64,000 bases of DNA. Source: Poseidonia sp. Its GTDB lineage: Archaea > Thermoplasmatota > Poseidoniia > Poseidoniales > Poseidoniaceae. A program made the translations under genes and the position numbers. The DNA lies in assembly GCA_965661285.1 (NCBI GenBank), contig CBFIDD010000003.1:256001-320000 (forward strand), written 5' to 3'. Positions 18,485 to 29,200 of this stretch are shown here, one piece after another. A model generated the notes under the pieces. That model saw nothing but the letters and a program-made list of their open reading frames with translations. It made no database searches and was not told the DNA's origin. Every line of letters starts with the position of its first letter. The first letter of the stretch is position 1.

Positions 18485-20524
18485 TCAGTTATCGGAATCG
18501 CCTTCTTCGTCGTCTTCGTCGTCTTCCTCATCACCAAAGAGCTCGTCCATCAAGCGATTGATGTCGTCTTGGAGGTCGAGAATTTCTCCCTCTATTTCCT
18601 CCAATGGACGGGGCGGCGTGTAGACGTAGAAATAGCGGTTGAAGTTGATCTCATAGCCAACCTTGCCCGTCTCACCGTCGGTCATGTCGGTGACGCTCTC
18701 GTTGACCCAAGCATCGGGGACGTGCGGCCAAACTTCCTTCTCCATGTAGGCCTCGATGGGGACATCTTGCGGGATACGTTCGGTATCGCGCGAGTCGGTA
18801 TCGTGTTCGGGCTCGCCCTTCTTGTTGGTGCAAACCGCAGCGTTGGCGTCGCGTTCACCGAGTGCTTTGAGGATGGATTTCTTCAGGGCTGCTTTGGGTT
18901 TCAACCCTGCTTGCTTGAGCGCTGCTTCGAGGACGGGCAAGAACGCCGCCCGGTCCGTGTAGAGCTCGTCGTTCATGCCGTTGAGAACATGAACAATGCT
19001 CTGTTGCTCGTCTTCATCGAGTTTCGTGAAGTTCTTCTCTTGGTCAAGTCGCTCGATGCGGTCGGATGAAGCTTGAAAGTTCATTTTTAGCGGTCGGTCG
19101 ACAGTGACCTTTCGATAGCCAAAGAATTCGTTAGGGTAAATTTTAGACACATCAGTGTCGTCTTCAAACGCTCTATAGATTTCCATCACGTTGCCAATGT
19201 GTTCTTCACTCATCTCTCGACGCTTGTTTCCAAGGCTCTTTCGCATGGGTTTCCAAAACGCTTCACCTGAGGCATTGATGAGTTGGACGTGGCCCTTTCG
19301 ACGCTCTTCTTTTCTGTTCGTGAGAATCCAAGCATAGGTGGCAATGCCGGTGTTGTAAAAGATCTGTTCGGGCAAAGCCACGATGGTTTCAAGCAGGTCG
19401 TTTTCGAGCACATAGCGTCGAATTTCAGACTCGCCGGAGTTGGCGTCCCCAGTAAACAAAGGAGAGCCGTTCATGATAACGGCCACTCGGCTACCCCCGT
19501 TCTTGACGCTCTTCATTTTGGCCAGCATGTGGAGCATGAACAGAGTTTGACCGTCGGATTTACGAGGTAGACCGGGCGCAAAACGTCCTTGTTCACCGAG
19601 TTCGTGTTCAGCCTTTACCTCTGCCTGGGCCGCTGACCAGTCAACACCGTAGGGTGGATTAGCGATCATGTAGTGATAGGTTTCGCCGGGAAACAAATCG
19701 TCTTTGAGCGTGTTTCCGAGACGAATGCGTTCAGCGTCTTTTCCACTTTCGCCGGAAATCATCATATCGGATTTTGAGATAGCGAACGTCTTGGGGTTTA
19801 GTTCTTGACCTGAAACCTCAACGATGGCTTTTGGATTGAGGTCTTGGATGCTCTTCTTGGCGATGCTCAACATACCGCCAGTGCCACAGCATGGGTCGTG
19901 AACTTGAAGAATCAAACCAGGCTTGCCAAGACGTTCGGCGTCGGGTTCAACCATGAGCCGTGTCATCAAGGTGACAATCTCTCGCGGGGTGTAGTGTTCA
20001 CCGGGGCTTTCGTTGGTTTCTTCGTTGAATTTTCGAATCAGCTCTTCGAACACATAACCCATGTTGTGGTTGCTGATTTTTTCATAATGAAGATCGAGCT
20101 CGGAGAATTGCTGGAACACAAGAAAGGTCAAGTCGTTTTTGGCGAGCCTGCGAAGTGTGTCCCGGAAATTGAAGTTCTCCAAAATCTCAATCATGTTCGA
20201 TGAAAAGCCGTTGATGTATGTGTTAACGTTGTCCACGATGTTGGCCGGGTCCTCAAGCAGGCGGGTAAAATCAAATTGGGAGACGTTGTAAAAGGGATAG
20301 CCAGATTCCCGCTTCAGAATATCATCAAGGTTTTGGATGCGGTCTTTGAGTTCGGCGTGCCTGGCACGAACGGCGTCCTGAGTATCTCGGATGACACAAT
20401 CAATGCGGCGGAGAACGGTCATTGGGAGAATCACGTCTTCGTACTCTCGAGCGCTAAACGGACCACGCAGGGACTTGTCAGCCACGTTAAAGATAAAACT
20501 CACAAAGTCATTCGGTTCTTTCAT
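18485..20524 (-). CDS. hsdM: Type I R-M N6-adenine methyltransferase
   Basis: ILPMTVLRR, GEHYTPRE, DPCCGTGGM (motif I), NPPY (motif IV), GYEINFNRYFY. Confidence 0.95.
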   Translation of the reverse strand: MKEPNDFVSFIFNVADKSLRGPFSAREYEDVILPMTVLRRIDCVIRDTQDAVRARHAELKDRIQNLDDILKRESGYPFYNVSQFDFTRLLEDPANIVDNVNTYINGFSSNMIEILENFNFRDTLRRLAKNDLTFLVFQQFSELDLHYEKISNHNMGYVFEELIRKFNEETNESPGEHYTPREIVTLMTRLMVEPDAERLGKPGLILQVHDPCCGTGGMLSIAKKSIQDLNPKAIVEVSGQELNPKTFAISKSDMMISGESGKDAERIRLGNTLKDDLFPGETYHYMIANPPYGVDWSAAQAEVKAEHELGEQGRFAPGLPRKSDGQTLFMLHMLAKMKSVKNGGSRVAVIMNGSPLFTGDANSGESEIRRYVLENDLLETIVALPEQIFYNTGIATYAWILTNRKEERRKGHVQLINASGEAFWKPMRKSLGNKRREMSEEHIGNVMEIYRAFEDDTDVSKIYPNEFFGYRKVTVDRPLKMNFQASSDRIERLDQEKNFTKLDEDEQQSIVHVLNGMNDELYTDRAAFLPVLEAALKQAGLKPKAALKKSILKALGERDANAAVCTNKKGEPEHDTDSRDTERIPQDVPIEAYMEKEVWPHVPDAWVNESVTDMTDGETGKVGYEINFNRYFYVYTPPRPLEEIEGEILDLQDDINRLMDELFGDEEDDEDDEEGDSDN

Positions 20525-20589
20525 GACGATTTGTGACAGGCTACAGTACTTGAAGAAACTGTAATGTTGAATTTGTGCTAGGAATCACC

Positions 20590-21144
20590 ATGGACGTCTT
20601 CTCCCACTGGCTCTGGGGCGTGCTCATCACCCGCAAGCACGTCAATTGGAAGGTCGCCGGACCGATGAGCGTCCTGCCCGATCTCCTCGCCTTTGTCCCG
20701 TCCTTCGTCTACTCCACGATGCACGGCCTCGAGCGCCCCACCGTGGACGACACCACCGTGACCTCGGACTTCCCCGCCATCGCCTGGGACATGTACCGGT
20801 ACACCCACAGTGCGGTGGTCGTGACCGTCGCCGTGCTCCTGACCTGGTGGATGTTCACCCGATTCTCAGGCTCTCGCTTTGAGTCGCAATTTGCACAGCA
20901 ACACCGCTCCAAACCCCTGATGATGGCCTTCCTGCTCTGGCTGCCGTGGTACTCCAACATCCTGCTGGATATTCCCACCCACACGCTGCAGTTCTTCCCC
21001 ACCCCGGTGCTCTACCCCCTCTCCGATTTCGGCGTTGACGGCACCCGGTGGTCCGACCCCGTCATCCTCGTGCCCAACGTCGTCTTGCTTGCAGGGCTGT
21101 GGTTTTACGTGAAGCGGAAAGACCGGCTGACACCCACGGTTTGA
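20590..21144 (+). CDS. Membrane-bound metal-dependent hydrolase (YdjM-like)
   Basis: SHWLWG, LPDL, YTHS, ILLDIPTH; several TMs. Confidence 0.65.
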   Translation: MDVFSHWLWGVLITRKHVNWKVAGPMSVLPDLLAFVPSFVYSTMHGLERPTVDDTTVTSDFPAIAWDMYRYTHSAVVVTVAVLLTWWMFTRFSGSRFESQFAQQHRSKPLMMAFLLWLPWYSNILLDIPTHTLQFFPTPVLYPLSDFGVDGTRWSDPVILVPNVVLLAGLWFYVKRKDRLTPTV

Positions 21145-21155
21145 GGACGGGTTTC

Positions 21156-22421
21156 ATGAAGGAGCAGCGACGAGTGGTGAATGTGCACCAACATCGTTTC
21201 GCCCTTCTGTGCGTCGTGTTGATGGTCGCTTCGCTCGCCGGATGCTTCGGCGAAGACGAGGGCGAGGGCGAAATTCTCGTCGCCTCAAACGAACACGGTG
21301 GCGCTGTACCGGACGTCGGCTGGATGACCTCGTACGGCGGGTCGCAAGAGGAATCGCACGGCCACTTCATCCTCGCCTGTGAAGACGGCGGCTACCTGCA
21401 AATCGGTGAAACCGGCTTCATTCCCAACGGCGCTAAACTTCTCGTCGTCAAGGTGAACGCCACGGGTGCGCTCGAATGGAAAAAAGAACTGGGCACCAAA
21501 GGCCACAACTTGGGCAACAGCGCCATCGAAGTGGCGGACGCCTACGTGGTCGTCGGGGCGCTGGACGAGGACAGCACACTCATCAAACTGAACAAAACCA
21601 CCGGAGCCACGATGTGGTCGCAAAGCCACAACTACGGCGGCAGCGACGCCATTGAGCACCTCGTGGCCACGCCCAACGGCTTTGTGGCGGTGGGCTACAC
21701 GAACGCCGAAGACGATGAGAACACCTTCTTCACCGAAGGTCGAGGCCACATGATGTTCCTTGGGCCGTCGGGCGAACAGATCGCAGACCGTTCACTCCAG
21801 GCCCACATGGCGCACGCCTACCGCATCGCCACCTACGAAGGGGACCTGTTCGTGTCCGGGCTGACCGAAGGCGCTGAGGATTATGCGTTACTGCGGGCCG
21901 ACGTCACGGGTGAGGTGAAGTGGACCAAAACCTACGGCGGCAGCGAGCCTGACCACAACTTTGCGTTCGGTATGACCTCGGACGGCTTGATGTACCTCTC
22001 CGGACACACCCTCTCGGGTACCGAAAACTGGGACACCTACACCGTGAAGGTGGGCACCGAAGGTGACGTGCTGTGGGAAGCGAAGAACGGCAATCCCCGA
22101 GGCTTTGATGCACGCTATATTCACGACGAAGTCTGGGGTCTGCAAGCCCTTGAGGACGGGGGCGTGGCCGTGGTGGCGGGTACGGGTGACGAATACTGGC
22201 GCTACTCAACATGCGACGGCGAAGAATGCTCGGATGCATGGCGTGTCTACGTGCTGAAGTACGATGCTGCGGGCGTCTTGGAATGGGAAGCCACCTACGG
22301 GCCCGAAGGAGGAGATTGGGCCGGTGAAGACCTTTGCGTCAACCAAAACGGCGATCTTGTGGTGGCGGTGGACAACGGCGAATTTGGCTTCCTCGAACTC
22401 AAGCAACCGACCACGGAGTGA
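21156..22421 (+). CDS. Secreted lipoprotein with beta-propeller-like repeats (start uncertain)
   Basis: LAGC lipobox; recurring G..W.KTYGG / GxLEW repeats. Confidence 0.7.
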   Translation: MKEQRRVVNVHQHRFALLCVVLMVASLAGCFGEDEGEGEILVASNEHGGAVPDVGWMTSYGGSQEESHGHFILACEDGGYLQIGETGFIPNGAKLLVVKVNATGALEWKKELGTKGHNLGNSAIEVADAYVVVGALDEDSTLIKLNKTTGATMWSQSHNYGGSDAIEHLVATPNGFVAVGYTNAEDDENTFFTEGRGHMMFLGPSGEQIADRSLQAHMAHAYRIATYEGDLFVSGLTEGAEDYALLRADVTGEVKWTKTYGGSEPDHNFAFGMTSDGLMYLSGHTLSGTENWDTYTVKVGTEGDVLWEAKNGNPRGFDARYIHDEVWGLQALEDGGVAVVAGTGDEYWRYSTCDGEECSDAWRVYVLKYDAAGVLEWEATYGPEGGDWAGEDLCVNQNGDLVVAVDNGEFGFLELKQPTTE

Positions 22422-22426
22422 TCGAC

Positions 22427-22933
22427 ATGGGGCCGAATGCAACCTCACCGCCCATCAGCGCCACGCAGGCGTTTGATTGCTCGACCGACGAGCTGTGGGC
22501 GCTCGTCAGCGCGCCGGGCAATCTCAACGATGCGCATCCGTTTTGCGACCAGAACGACGCCTTGGTGTGGGACGGCACAACGCACCGGGACCGTTTGGTC
22601 TACCTCAACGGCCGCACGTACGTTCGGGAATTCCAAACCTGGAACCCCGGAGAAGGCTACACCCTGCTCATCGGTGAGGAGGGCGGGCCGCAATCCTACG
22701 TCGTGTGGACCATCGAAGCGACCTCGGAGGGTGGTTCTCGACTGACCATCACCGTTCATCCCTACTTGCTGGCCAACCTGCCGGGCGTGGTGGCCTTCCT
22801 GCCTTACCGCTTGTGGATTCGGCCCAAAATGCAGCGCTATTTGCGCAGCGTGGTGGGCGGATTTGCGTACGTGGCCTCCACCGGAAAAGCCGTGCCTCGC
22901 AACCACTTCGGGCGCCATTCGTGGTTTTCTTGA
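22427..22933 (+). CDS. SRPBCC (START/polyketide cyclase-like) protein
   Basis: LWALVS.PGNL..HPF; WTIE...GGSRLTITV. Confidence 0.65.
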   Translation: MGPNATSPPISATQAFDCSTDELWALVSAPGNLNDAHPFCDQNDALVWDGTTHRDRLVYLNGRTYVREFQTWNPGEGYTLLIGEEGGPQSYVVWTIEATSEGGSRLTITVHPYLLANLPGVVAFLPYRLWIRPKMQRYLRSVVGGFAYVASTGKAVPRNHFGRHSWFS

Positions 22934-22984
22934 GCCCTGTGACTTCACCGAAGGTATGATGTCCGTCCTACGCTTCGCCGTAGC

Positions 22985-23347
22985 ATGGTCTTCACGCACG
23001 ACATGGCGGACTGGCTAAGTTTCAACATCGACGAGGCATGGCTCGCCGAGAACATCTCCTGGAAGGATTTCGGCACCGGTGTGCGCCTTGGAAAGCTCAA
23101 GCGTGAGGAGAAAACCTCGCTCGTGCTCTACGAGGCCCAGTCCGACGTTGAGGTGGACGCCTTCATGCCTCACAGCCATCCGGGTGGCGAGTGCTACGTC
23201 GTCCTTGAAGGCGAAGTCTGGGACGAAGACGGCTCATATCCCACGGGCTCGATCGTTTGGATGGACCCTGAGTCCACCCACACGCCCAAGACGCGTGGCA
23301 AGACGCTCATTCTCGTGCTTTGGCCTCAAGGTGTCAAAGCTGCTTGA
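22985..23347 (+). CDS. Cupin domain protein (ChrR-like)
   Basis: PHSHPGGECYVVLEGEVWDEDGSYP...HTP. Confidence 0.8.
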   Translation: MVFTHDMADWLSFNIDEAWLAENISWKDFGTGVRLGKLKREEKTSLVLYEAQSDVEVDAFMPHSHPGGECYVVLEGEVWDEDGSYPTGSIVWMDPESTHTPKTRGKTLILVLWPQGVKAA

Positions 23348-23351
23348 GGCG

Positions 23352-23675
23352 ATGCAAATGGTTCGTGAAATCATCGTCATCAAAATCAGCCAGTCGTACA
23401 GAAAGGGTATGACCCCCGATGAGCTTTACTTGGCCACCTCTCGTTCGTGGAAACTCGCTATGGAGCGATGCAAGGATGTTCGAACTGTGCTGTGTGTCGC
23501 CGAGAACGAGGTGAAGGAAGTCTACAGCGTGGATGAGTGGATAGAATCCTCAGATGAGGGCAGAAAGGAGTTTGTTGGCAGCGTCGCCAACGAACCGCTT
23601 CGCTCTTCATGGCTCGGTCAAGACGCAACCGAAATTGCTGCAAAATACAGCCCAATTCGCTACATACCCGAGTAA
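23352..23675 (+). CDS. Small hypothetical protein resembling the C-terminal domain of LEM-3-like GIY-YIG proteins
   Basis: IKISQSY...LYLATSRSWK...VKEVY.VDEW...RKEFVG...PIRY pattern, recalled rather than searched. Confidence 0.55.
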   Translation: MQMVREIIVIKISQSYRKGMTPDELYLATSRSWKLAMERCKDVRTVLCVAENEVKEVYSVDEWIESSDEGRKEFVGSVANEPLRSSWLGQDATEIAAKYSPIRYIPE

Positions 23676-23684
23676 AGAGGCCAC

Positions 23685-24104
23685 TCAAGCTTCTGCTGCT
23701 GCTTCCTCATCGTTGAGGTGGAGGAAACCAGAAATTCCCATGGCCGCCAGCAGGGCGACCACAACACCAAGGACAATCGGGTCGTTGTAGCCGTAATCGA
23801 CAGCTTCGCCGGCCATGTAAAGCAGAACCATTACGACGATCATCGCGCCCGAGGAGGCCATGGCGAGAATGGACAAGGGTCGACCCTTGACGACCAGGCC
23901 TGTGGTCAACGCCATGCCGGCAAAAGCCGCCGAGAAGAGGCCGAACGTTTGCTCGTAAAACACATCACGGTCCGTGGGGTCCGGGTAGGCCGTCTCAGCT
24001 GAAGTTTCTCCGGTGAGGTAATTCATCGTGCCCAACAACAGGAAGATGACACCGAAGGCGATGAGCCAACCCTTTGGGTTGAGGACGTTGTTCTTCCAAT
24101 CCAT
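23685..24104 (-). CDS. 4-TM membrane protein, paralog 3
   Basis: NPKGWLI start; four TMs; ends DEEAAAEA. Confidence 0.75.
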   Translation of the reverse strand: MDWKNNVLNPKGWLIAFGVIFLLLGTMNYLTGETSAETAYPDPTDRDVFYEQTFGLFSAAFAGMALTTGLVVKGRPLSILAMASSGAMIVVMVLLYMAGEAVDYGYNDPIVLGVVVALLAAMGISGFLHLNDEEAAAEA

Positions 24105-24106
24105 GT

Positions 24107-24484
24107 TCAGGCCTCCGCAGCGGGTGCGGCGTCATCCATGTTCCAGCCCATCACGCCCGACAGGGCAGGCAGACCCCAAAGGACGATCGGCATGATTGTC
24201 TCAGGGAAAGGAGCGGCTGGGTTACCGAGCATCTGCAGGTCAAGGGCAGCACAAACCACGAACCAGACAACGGCGGGGCCGCAAATGACGGCAGCGAGAC
24301 GAGCTTGGGCTTGACCTTCGAGCATGAACGCGGCATAGAAGAGCGAGACGCTGGTGAGCGAGAAGAACCCGATGATGGCGAGTTCGTCGGTACCGTACTC
24401 CGCAAGGGAACCACCAACACCGAGGAGGGTGTGACCGAGGGCGATAACGATGAGCCAGAGTTTGGTGTTTTCAAGCGCGTTCAT
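24107..24484 (-). CDS. 4-TM membrane protein, paralog 2
   Basis: NTKLWLI start; ends DDAAPAAEA. Confidence 0.75.
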   Translation of the reverse strand: MNALENTKLWLIVIALGHTLLGVGGSLAEYGTDELAIIGFFSLTSVSLFYAAFMLEGQAQARLAAVICGPAVVWFVVCAALDLQMLGNPAAPFPETIMPIVLWGLPALSGVMGWNMDDAAPAAEA

Positions 24485-24486
24485 CT

Positions 24487-24927
24487 TCAGGCCTCAGTAG
24501 CAGGTGCTTCGTCATCGTTCATGTGCATGTAGCCAGAGGCCGTCAACGCGATGAGCACCACAAAGAGTGGGGCAGCTTGTGCCATGGGAACCTCGTAGCC
24601 GTTGCTGTTCGATACGGTCAACAAGACGAGGAAGGTGACGATGAACGTCAAACCGGCGGTCAGCGCCATCTTGGCCCGGTCAGAGCCGGAGAGGAGGAGA
24701 CCGGAAGCGATGGCCAAGATGCCGTAAGGAATACCAAAGATCCCCCAGCCTTCTTCGTAGCCAGTTGCAATGGCGAGTTCTTGCGCTGAGAGTGCGCCGT
24801 ATTCTGTTTCCAGTGCCGCTGTGGCGGTATCGCCGGCCATGGCGTAGTTCATGATGCTGAACAGTATGTTGACAATTCCTACACCAATGAGCCATCCTTT
24901 CGGGTTGAGTATATTTTTTGCATCCAT
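24487..24927 (-). CDS. 4-TM membrane protein, paralog 1
   Basis: NPKGWLI start; ends DDEAPATEA. Confidence 0.75.
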   Translation of the reverse strand: MDAKNILNPKGWLIGVGIVNILFSIMNYAMAGDTATAALETEYGALSAQELAIATGYEEGWGIFGIPYGILAIASGLLLSGSDRAKMALTAGLTFIVTFLVLLTVSNSNGYEVPMAQAAPLFVVLIALTASGYMHMNDDEAPATEA

Positions 24928-24999
24928 TTTATCACTTTTAAAGAGAGATGGGTTATCTCCTTTATAGTCTTGCCCTAAAACAAGTCAATATATACCGAA

Positions 25000-25287
25000 T
25001 TATTTCGGGTCATATTCTCCGCCCGAGAGCAGGCCTTCAAACAAAAACGGCCCTGCCGGCACCACCGCAGCGATGAAGCCGTGAATCAGCGCCGTGCTCG
25101 TCCAGTGCTTGCCCACGCCCATGAGCAGCAGGCCAACATAAGCCACGAACAGACCGCCGTGAAGCGAGCCGAACAGCGAGACCATTTCGGGCTCACCAGC
25201 GATGTACTTGAGCGGCATCGCGTAGAACATCAAGATGAGGAAGGAAAAGCCTTCCAAGTAGCCGACCAAGGTCACCCAGCGCTTCAC
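25000..25287 (-). CDS. DUF3817 family membrane protein
   Basis: EGFSFLIL..AMPLKY, G.LHGGLF, AAVVPAGPF. Confidence 0.8.
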   Translation of the reverse strand: MKRWVTLVGYLEGFSFLILMFYAMPLKYIAGEPEMVSLFGSLHGGLFVAYVGLLLMGVGKHWTSTALIHGFIAAVVPAGPFLFEGLLSGGEYDPK

Positions 25288-26264
25288 GCCTTGACCTCGA
25301 CCATCGGTCTACTTGAACCGCACGAGGGGCATTCCTGGTCGTCGCTCTCGCCGTAATCGTGCTTGCAGGCTGGACATGCCGAAGCCAGCTCCATCTTCCC
25401 CATGGCTTCCACGGCCTCGCCCTGAAGGGAGAGGTAACCGCTGTTGACGTTGCCCACGGTGTAGCGACCCGCACCACCAAGTCGGACCAAAAGGTCGGGC
25501 GGCAGCGTGACGGTTCCGGTTTCGTCGATGATCAACTCACGGTCCTCACTGAGGTTCTCAACGTCCACCCCTTCGCCGTGTTCGGCGACGAAGCGGCCGT
25601 CCCGCAATTCAAGCGAGCGGTTGGCGAAGGCTGCGACTTCCTTCGAATGGGTCACGATCAGGAAGGACACCCCATCGTTTTGGTGCAGGTCCTTGAACAG
25701 GGCCAGGACTTCGCGGCTGGTGACCGGGTCGAGCGCACCGGTCGGCTCGTCTGCCAAAATGAGGCGAGGTTGCGTGATGAGGGCCCGAGCGATGGCCACT
25801 CGTTGCTGCTCACCGCCGCTCAGCATGGCTGGCAGGGCGTTGATGCGGTGACCCATGCCCAGGCGTGTTAGCATGGCGTCGGCCAGAGCGAGGGCTTTCT
25901 TCGACGACACACCTTGGTGGCGAAGCGGCTGGGCGACGTTGTCTCGGGCGTTCAAATCGGGCAGGAGATTTCCTTCCTGGAAGATGAACGAAACCGTCTT
26001 TTGGCGCAGTTCAACCAGTTCTTGACCGGTCAAACGGGTCATGTTCTTGCCCGACAACCTGACCGAGCCAGCGCTGGGTTTCATCAGGCCGCCAAGGCAC
26101 TTCATGAGGGTGGATTTTCCTGAACCCGAAGGGCCGACCACGGCGATGGCCTCGCCGGCCTTCATGTCGATGTGAAGACCACGAAGCGCCACGACGTTGC
26201 CGTCCTCGGCTTTGGATTCGTAGACGTGGTAGAGGCCGTCAGCATGCAGAATCGTGTCGCTCAT
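25284..26264 (-). CDS. ABC ATPase (LolD/MacB-type) with C-terminal AbrB-like and Zn-ribbon extension
   Basis: GPSGSGKS, LSGGEQQR, LADEPTG; tail IDETGTVTLP and CPAC...CPSC. Confidence 0.9.
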   Translation of the reverse strand: MSDTILHADGLYHVYESKAEDGNVVALRGLHIDMKAGEAIAVVGPSGSGKSTLMKCLGGLMKPSAGSVRLSGKNMTRLTGQELVELRQKTVSFIFQEGNLLPDLNARDNVAQPLRHQGVSSKKALALADAMLTRLGMGHRINALPAMLSGGEQQRVAIARALITQPRLILADEPTGALDPVTSREVLALFKDLHQNDGVSFLIVTHSKEVAAFANRSLELRDGRFVAEHGEGVDVENLSEDRELIIDETGTVTLPPDLLVRLGGAGRYTVGNVNSGYLSLQGEAVEAMGKMELASACPACKHDYGESDDQECPSCGSSRPMVEVKA

Positions 26265-26266
26265 CT

Positions 26267-29200
26267 TCACTCCCCCTTCAGCACGCTGGCCAAGTCCGCC
26301 TTCAGCGCCCGACGTGTCGTCACCAACAACGCCACCACAACAGCTGCAAACACCGCCAAGGACACCATGATGATCTGGGTCCACGGGTAAACCAGCGTCC
26401 GTTGGATGGTGGTGGTGGAACCACCGAAGATTTGGAAGATGAAGCCGAAGATGTCAAAGAAACCGTTGAACGACAGCGCCAGACCAACACCAAGCACGAT
26501 ACCGAGCGCCATGGAGACCATCACGATGGAAAGAATCTCGAACAGCACGAGGCGAATGATTTGGTTGGGCGAAGCCCCAATCGCCTGCAACACCGCCAGT
26601 TCTTTCTGACGCTGGCTGAGCACGAGGGACAGGAACACGAAGCTCGAGGCGACCGCTGCCACGCTGGCGACGACGAACTGCAACGAGAGCAGACCGGGCG
26701 TACCGAAAATCAGTCCGCCGTTGCGCTCCACGTCCTTGTGGGTGCTCGACCAGTCAACCACCGAGGAGACCCGTGCATCGGCCGAAACCTGGGAGGCGAG
26801 CGACTCGAGGGCGTCGCCTTCCACGCCGTCGACGCGGACAATCCACGTCGTGGAGGTGTAATTGGTCGCTGCATCGGCACCGACGAGGGAAATCCATGCG
26901 TCCTCACCGATGATAAGCGCAGAGGAAATGGTGGCCGCACTCACGCCAGGAATGTATTCGTGGGTGCCCATGTAGTACATGTTCGTGGTGTAGGGCGTGA
27001 CGATGATGCGAACGGTCGTGTCGGCCAAGAACAGGTCCGAAGCCAGCGGCGGTGGAATCTGGGAAGGACCTGACAAACAGCCCGTTTCGTCCGCAGAGGA
27101 ACCGTCGGGACAGGTCGCGTTGGTGAGCGTGGCCCCGGAGAGGTCGAAGAAACCGAACATGCCTTCCATGTTGGCATCGGTCAAGTCAGCGCCTTCGAGC
27201 GAGCCGCCCATGAAGTTCACCAGTACGGTGTTCTGCAGGTTCGCACCCCGCAGGTCAGCACCGGTCAAGTTCGCGTCCCAGAGAATGGATTCGCTCAGGT
27301 TCACGCCCGCCAAGTCGGCGTAAGAGAGGTTGCTTCCCGAGAGGTCAATGCGGCTGATGTCGCGCCCCGAGAGGTCTTGATTGGCGAGGTTCACGTCAGA
27401 CCAATCGCTGTCCATCAGGAGGGTGTAGGCAAGGAAGAGCGTCTCGACATCGGGCTCCTCGGTACCGCCGGTGGCGAAGTCAAAGTCGATCTTCTCCCAA
27501 ACGAAGGTAATGGTCTCGGACTTGTCGTCGCTGGCCTTGAGCAGTACGTCGTTGAGTTCGTTCTCGTCCCCACCGCGGTCGGAGCCCGGCAGGTCGAGGG
27601 AATAGGCAGCGTCGGGACCGGCGCTGAACCCACCGGCGGCGTAGGCGTTGAGCGTGGCGCCGATGTCTTCACCGGGCAAGGCTTGTTCGCTCCATTTGAG
27701 CACATCGCCGTTACCATCGAACAACACGTAGGTCTGCAGCGCATCCCCCCCGTTTTGATCGCTCAGCGTCAACTCGGACACGCTGGTGGCGACCGGCGTG
27801 GTCTTCCCGTCGGTGAACTCACCGAGCAGGGCCAAAGCGGCGGCCTCGTCGATGGGTTGCTCAAGGGTGATTTGGAGGTCGGAGCCGACCGTGGCGTCCA
27901 CGGTCTTCTCGTCCACGAGCGTCCCGGTGTAGCCTTGAACGGCGGCCAGGGTCACGATGGAGAGCGTCAAGAGCATGATGACAGCGAGCCGGTTCACCGA
28001 TTCAGCCGAGCCAGAACCCTTGAGGCCGCGCTTGACATCCTTGAGCAGCGGCGTGCGGCCAAAGAGCACCTGCATGATTTGCGGACCTTTGGCGCCGATA
28101 CGGCCGAGCAGCAAGGCACCGCCAATCCACAAGGCAAAGGGCCCGAAGATGCCGATGAGGCCTTCGATGAAGAAGTTGGAAACGAGACCGTCCTCGCTGC
28201 CGTTGGCCTCCAGCCATGTATCGCCCACGGCAAGCATCCCGAACAGGAAGGCCAGCCAGTGAAGCCAGCGCTTGGGTTCGGCAGCGGCCGAGGTTTTGCG
28301 TACGCCCTCTTCGATTTCAAGTTCGATGAACTGGCGCGCTCGGCTGCGACCAAAGAGCAAGGCAAGCCCCAGCGTGGTGACGGCCGTGAAGATGGTGGAG
28401 CCCACCGAGAGCGTGGGATTGACGTCAAAGTCGCCGGTTCTGAACTCCATGAAGCCGACCGCAGAGAGGACGATGGGCACGGCCAGAAGCGCCAGCAGGT
28501 AGCCGACGAGCCACGCCACCGAGGACATGACGAAGAGTTCCAGCAGCACCATGCCCTGCAAGCGCTGCCCGTCCGCACCGATGACCCGGTGGATGCTGAC
28601 CTCACGGCGGCGTTGCTCGAGCGAGAGCACCAGCCCGTAGATTAGCACGGAAATGGAGAGGAAGACGATGGGAATCATGATGATGTAATCGAAAATCTGG
28701 ATCAAACCGAGGAAGATGTTCAGGAAGGTGATGGTCCCGCTGATGATATCGGTGTAGTACAGCTCGACCTCCTCGTCGGTGTAGGTGCCGTCCTGCACTT
28801 GGGTACCCAAGTTCTCAAGCCACTCGGCGGCGTCGGCGGTTGAGGAAGTGGGCAGGGCCCCACGGTCAATGGTGACCCCCAGGTACATGTGGTCGTAATC
28901 CATCAGGGTCGCTCGCTGGGTTTCTTCCATCACGGTCCACGTGGAAAAGATGGGGTTGAACGGTAGCGTCGGGTTGCCGAAGGGCCAGGGCTCGTAGATG
29001 CCCATCACGGTCAGGTTTTCGACGGTCATCGTCATACGGCAGTAAATCATCTCGTTGTTTTCCGGCGTGATTTCACCCGCACAATTGTCCTCGGTCACCG
29101 TGCCCTCAAGCAGGGTGGATTCGTCCACGACGTAGACGAAGTTCAGCGATTCGAGCACGTCGCCCACGTTGGCTTGGGCTTCGCTGGCGATGGTGGACGG

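Larger units (their letters stand above)
9560..20570. mobile_element. Defence genomic island (serine recombinase + Type I R-M); boundaries approximate
   Basis: Visible drop in GC relative to the flanks, recombinase at the left end, R-M cargo. No att repeats identified. Confidence 0.6.
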
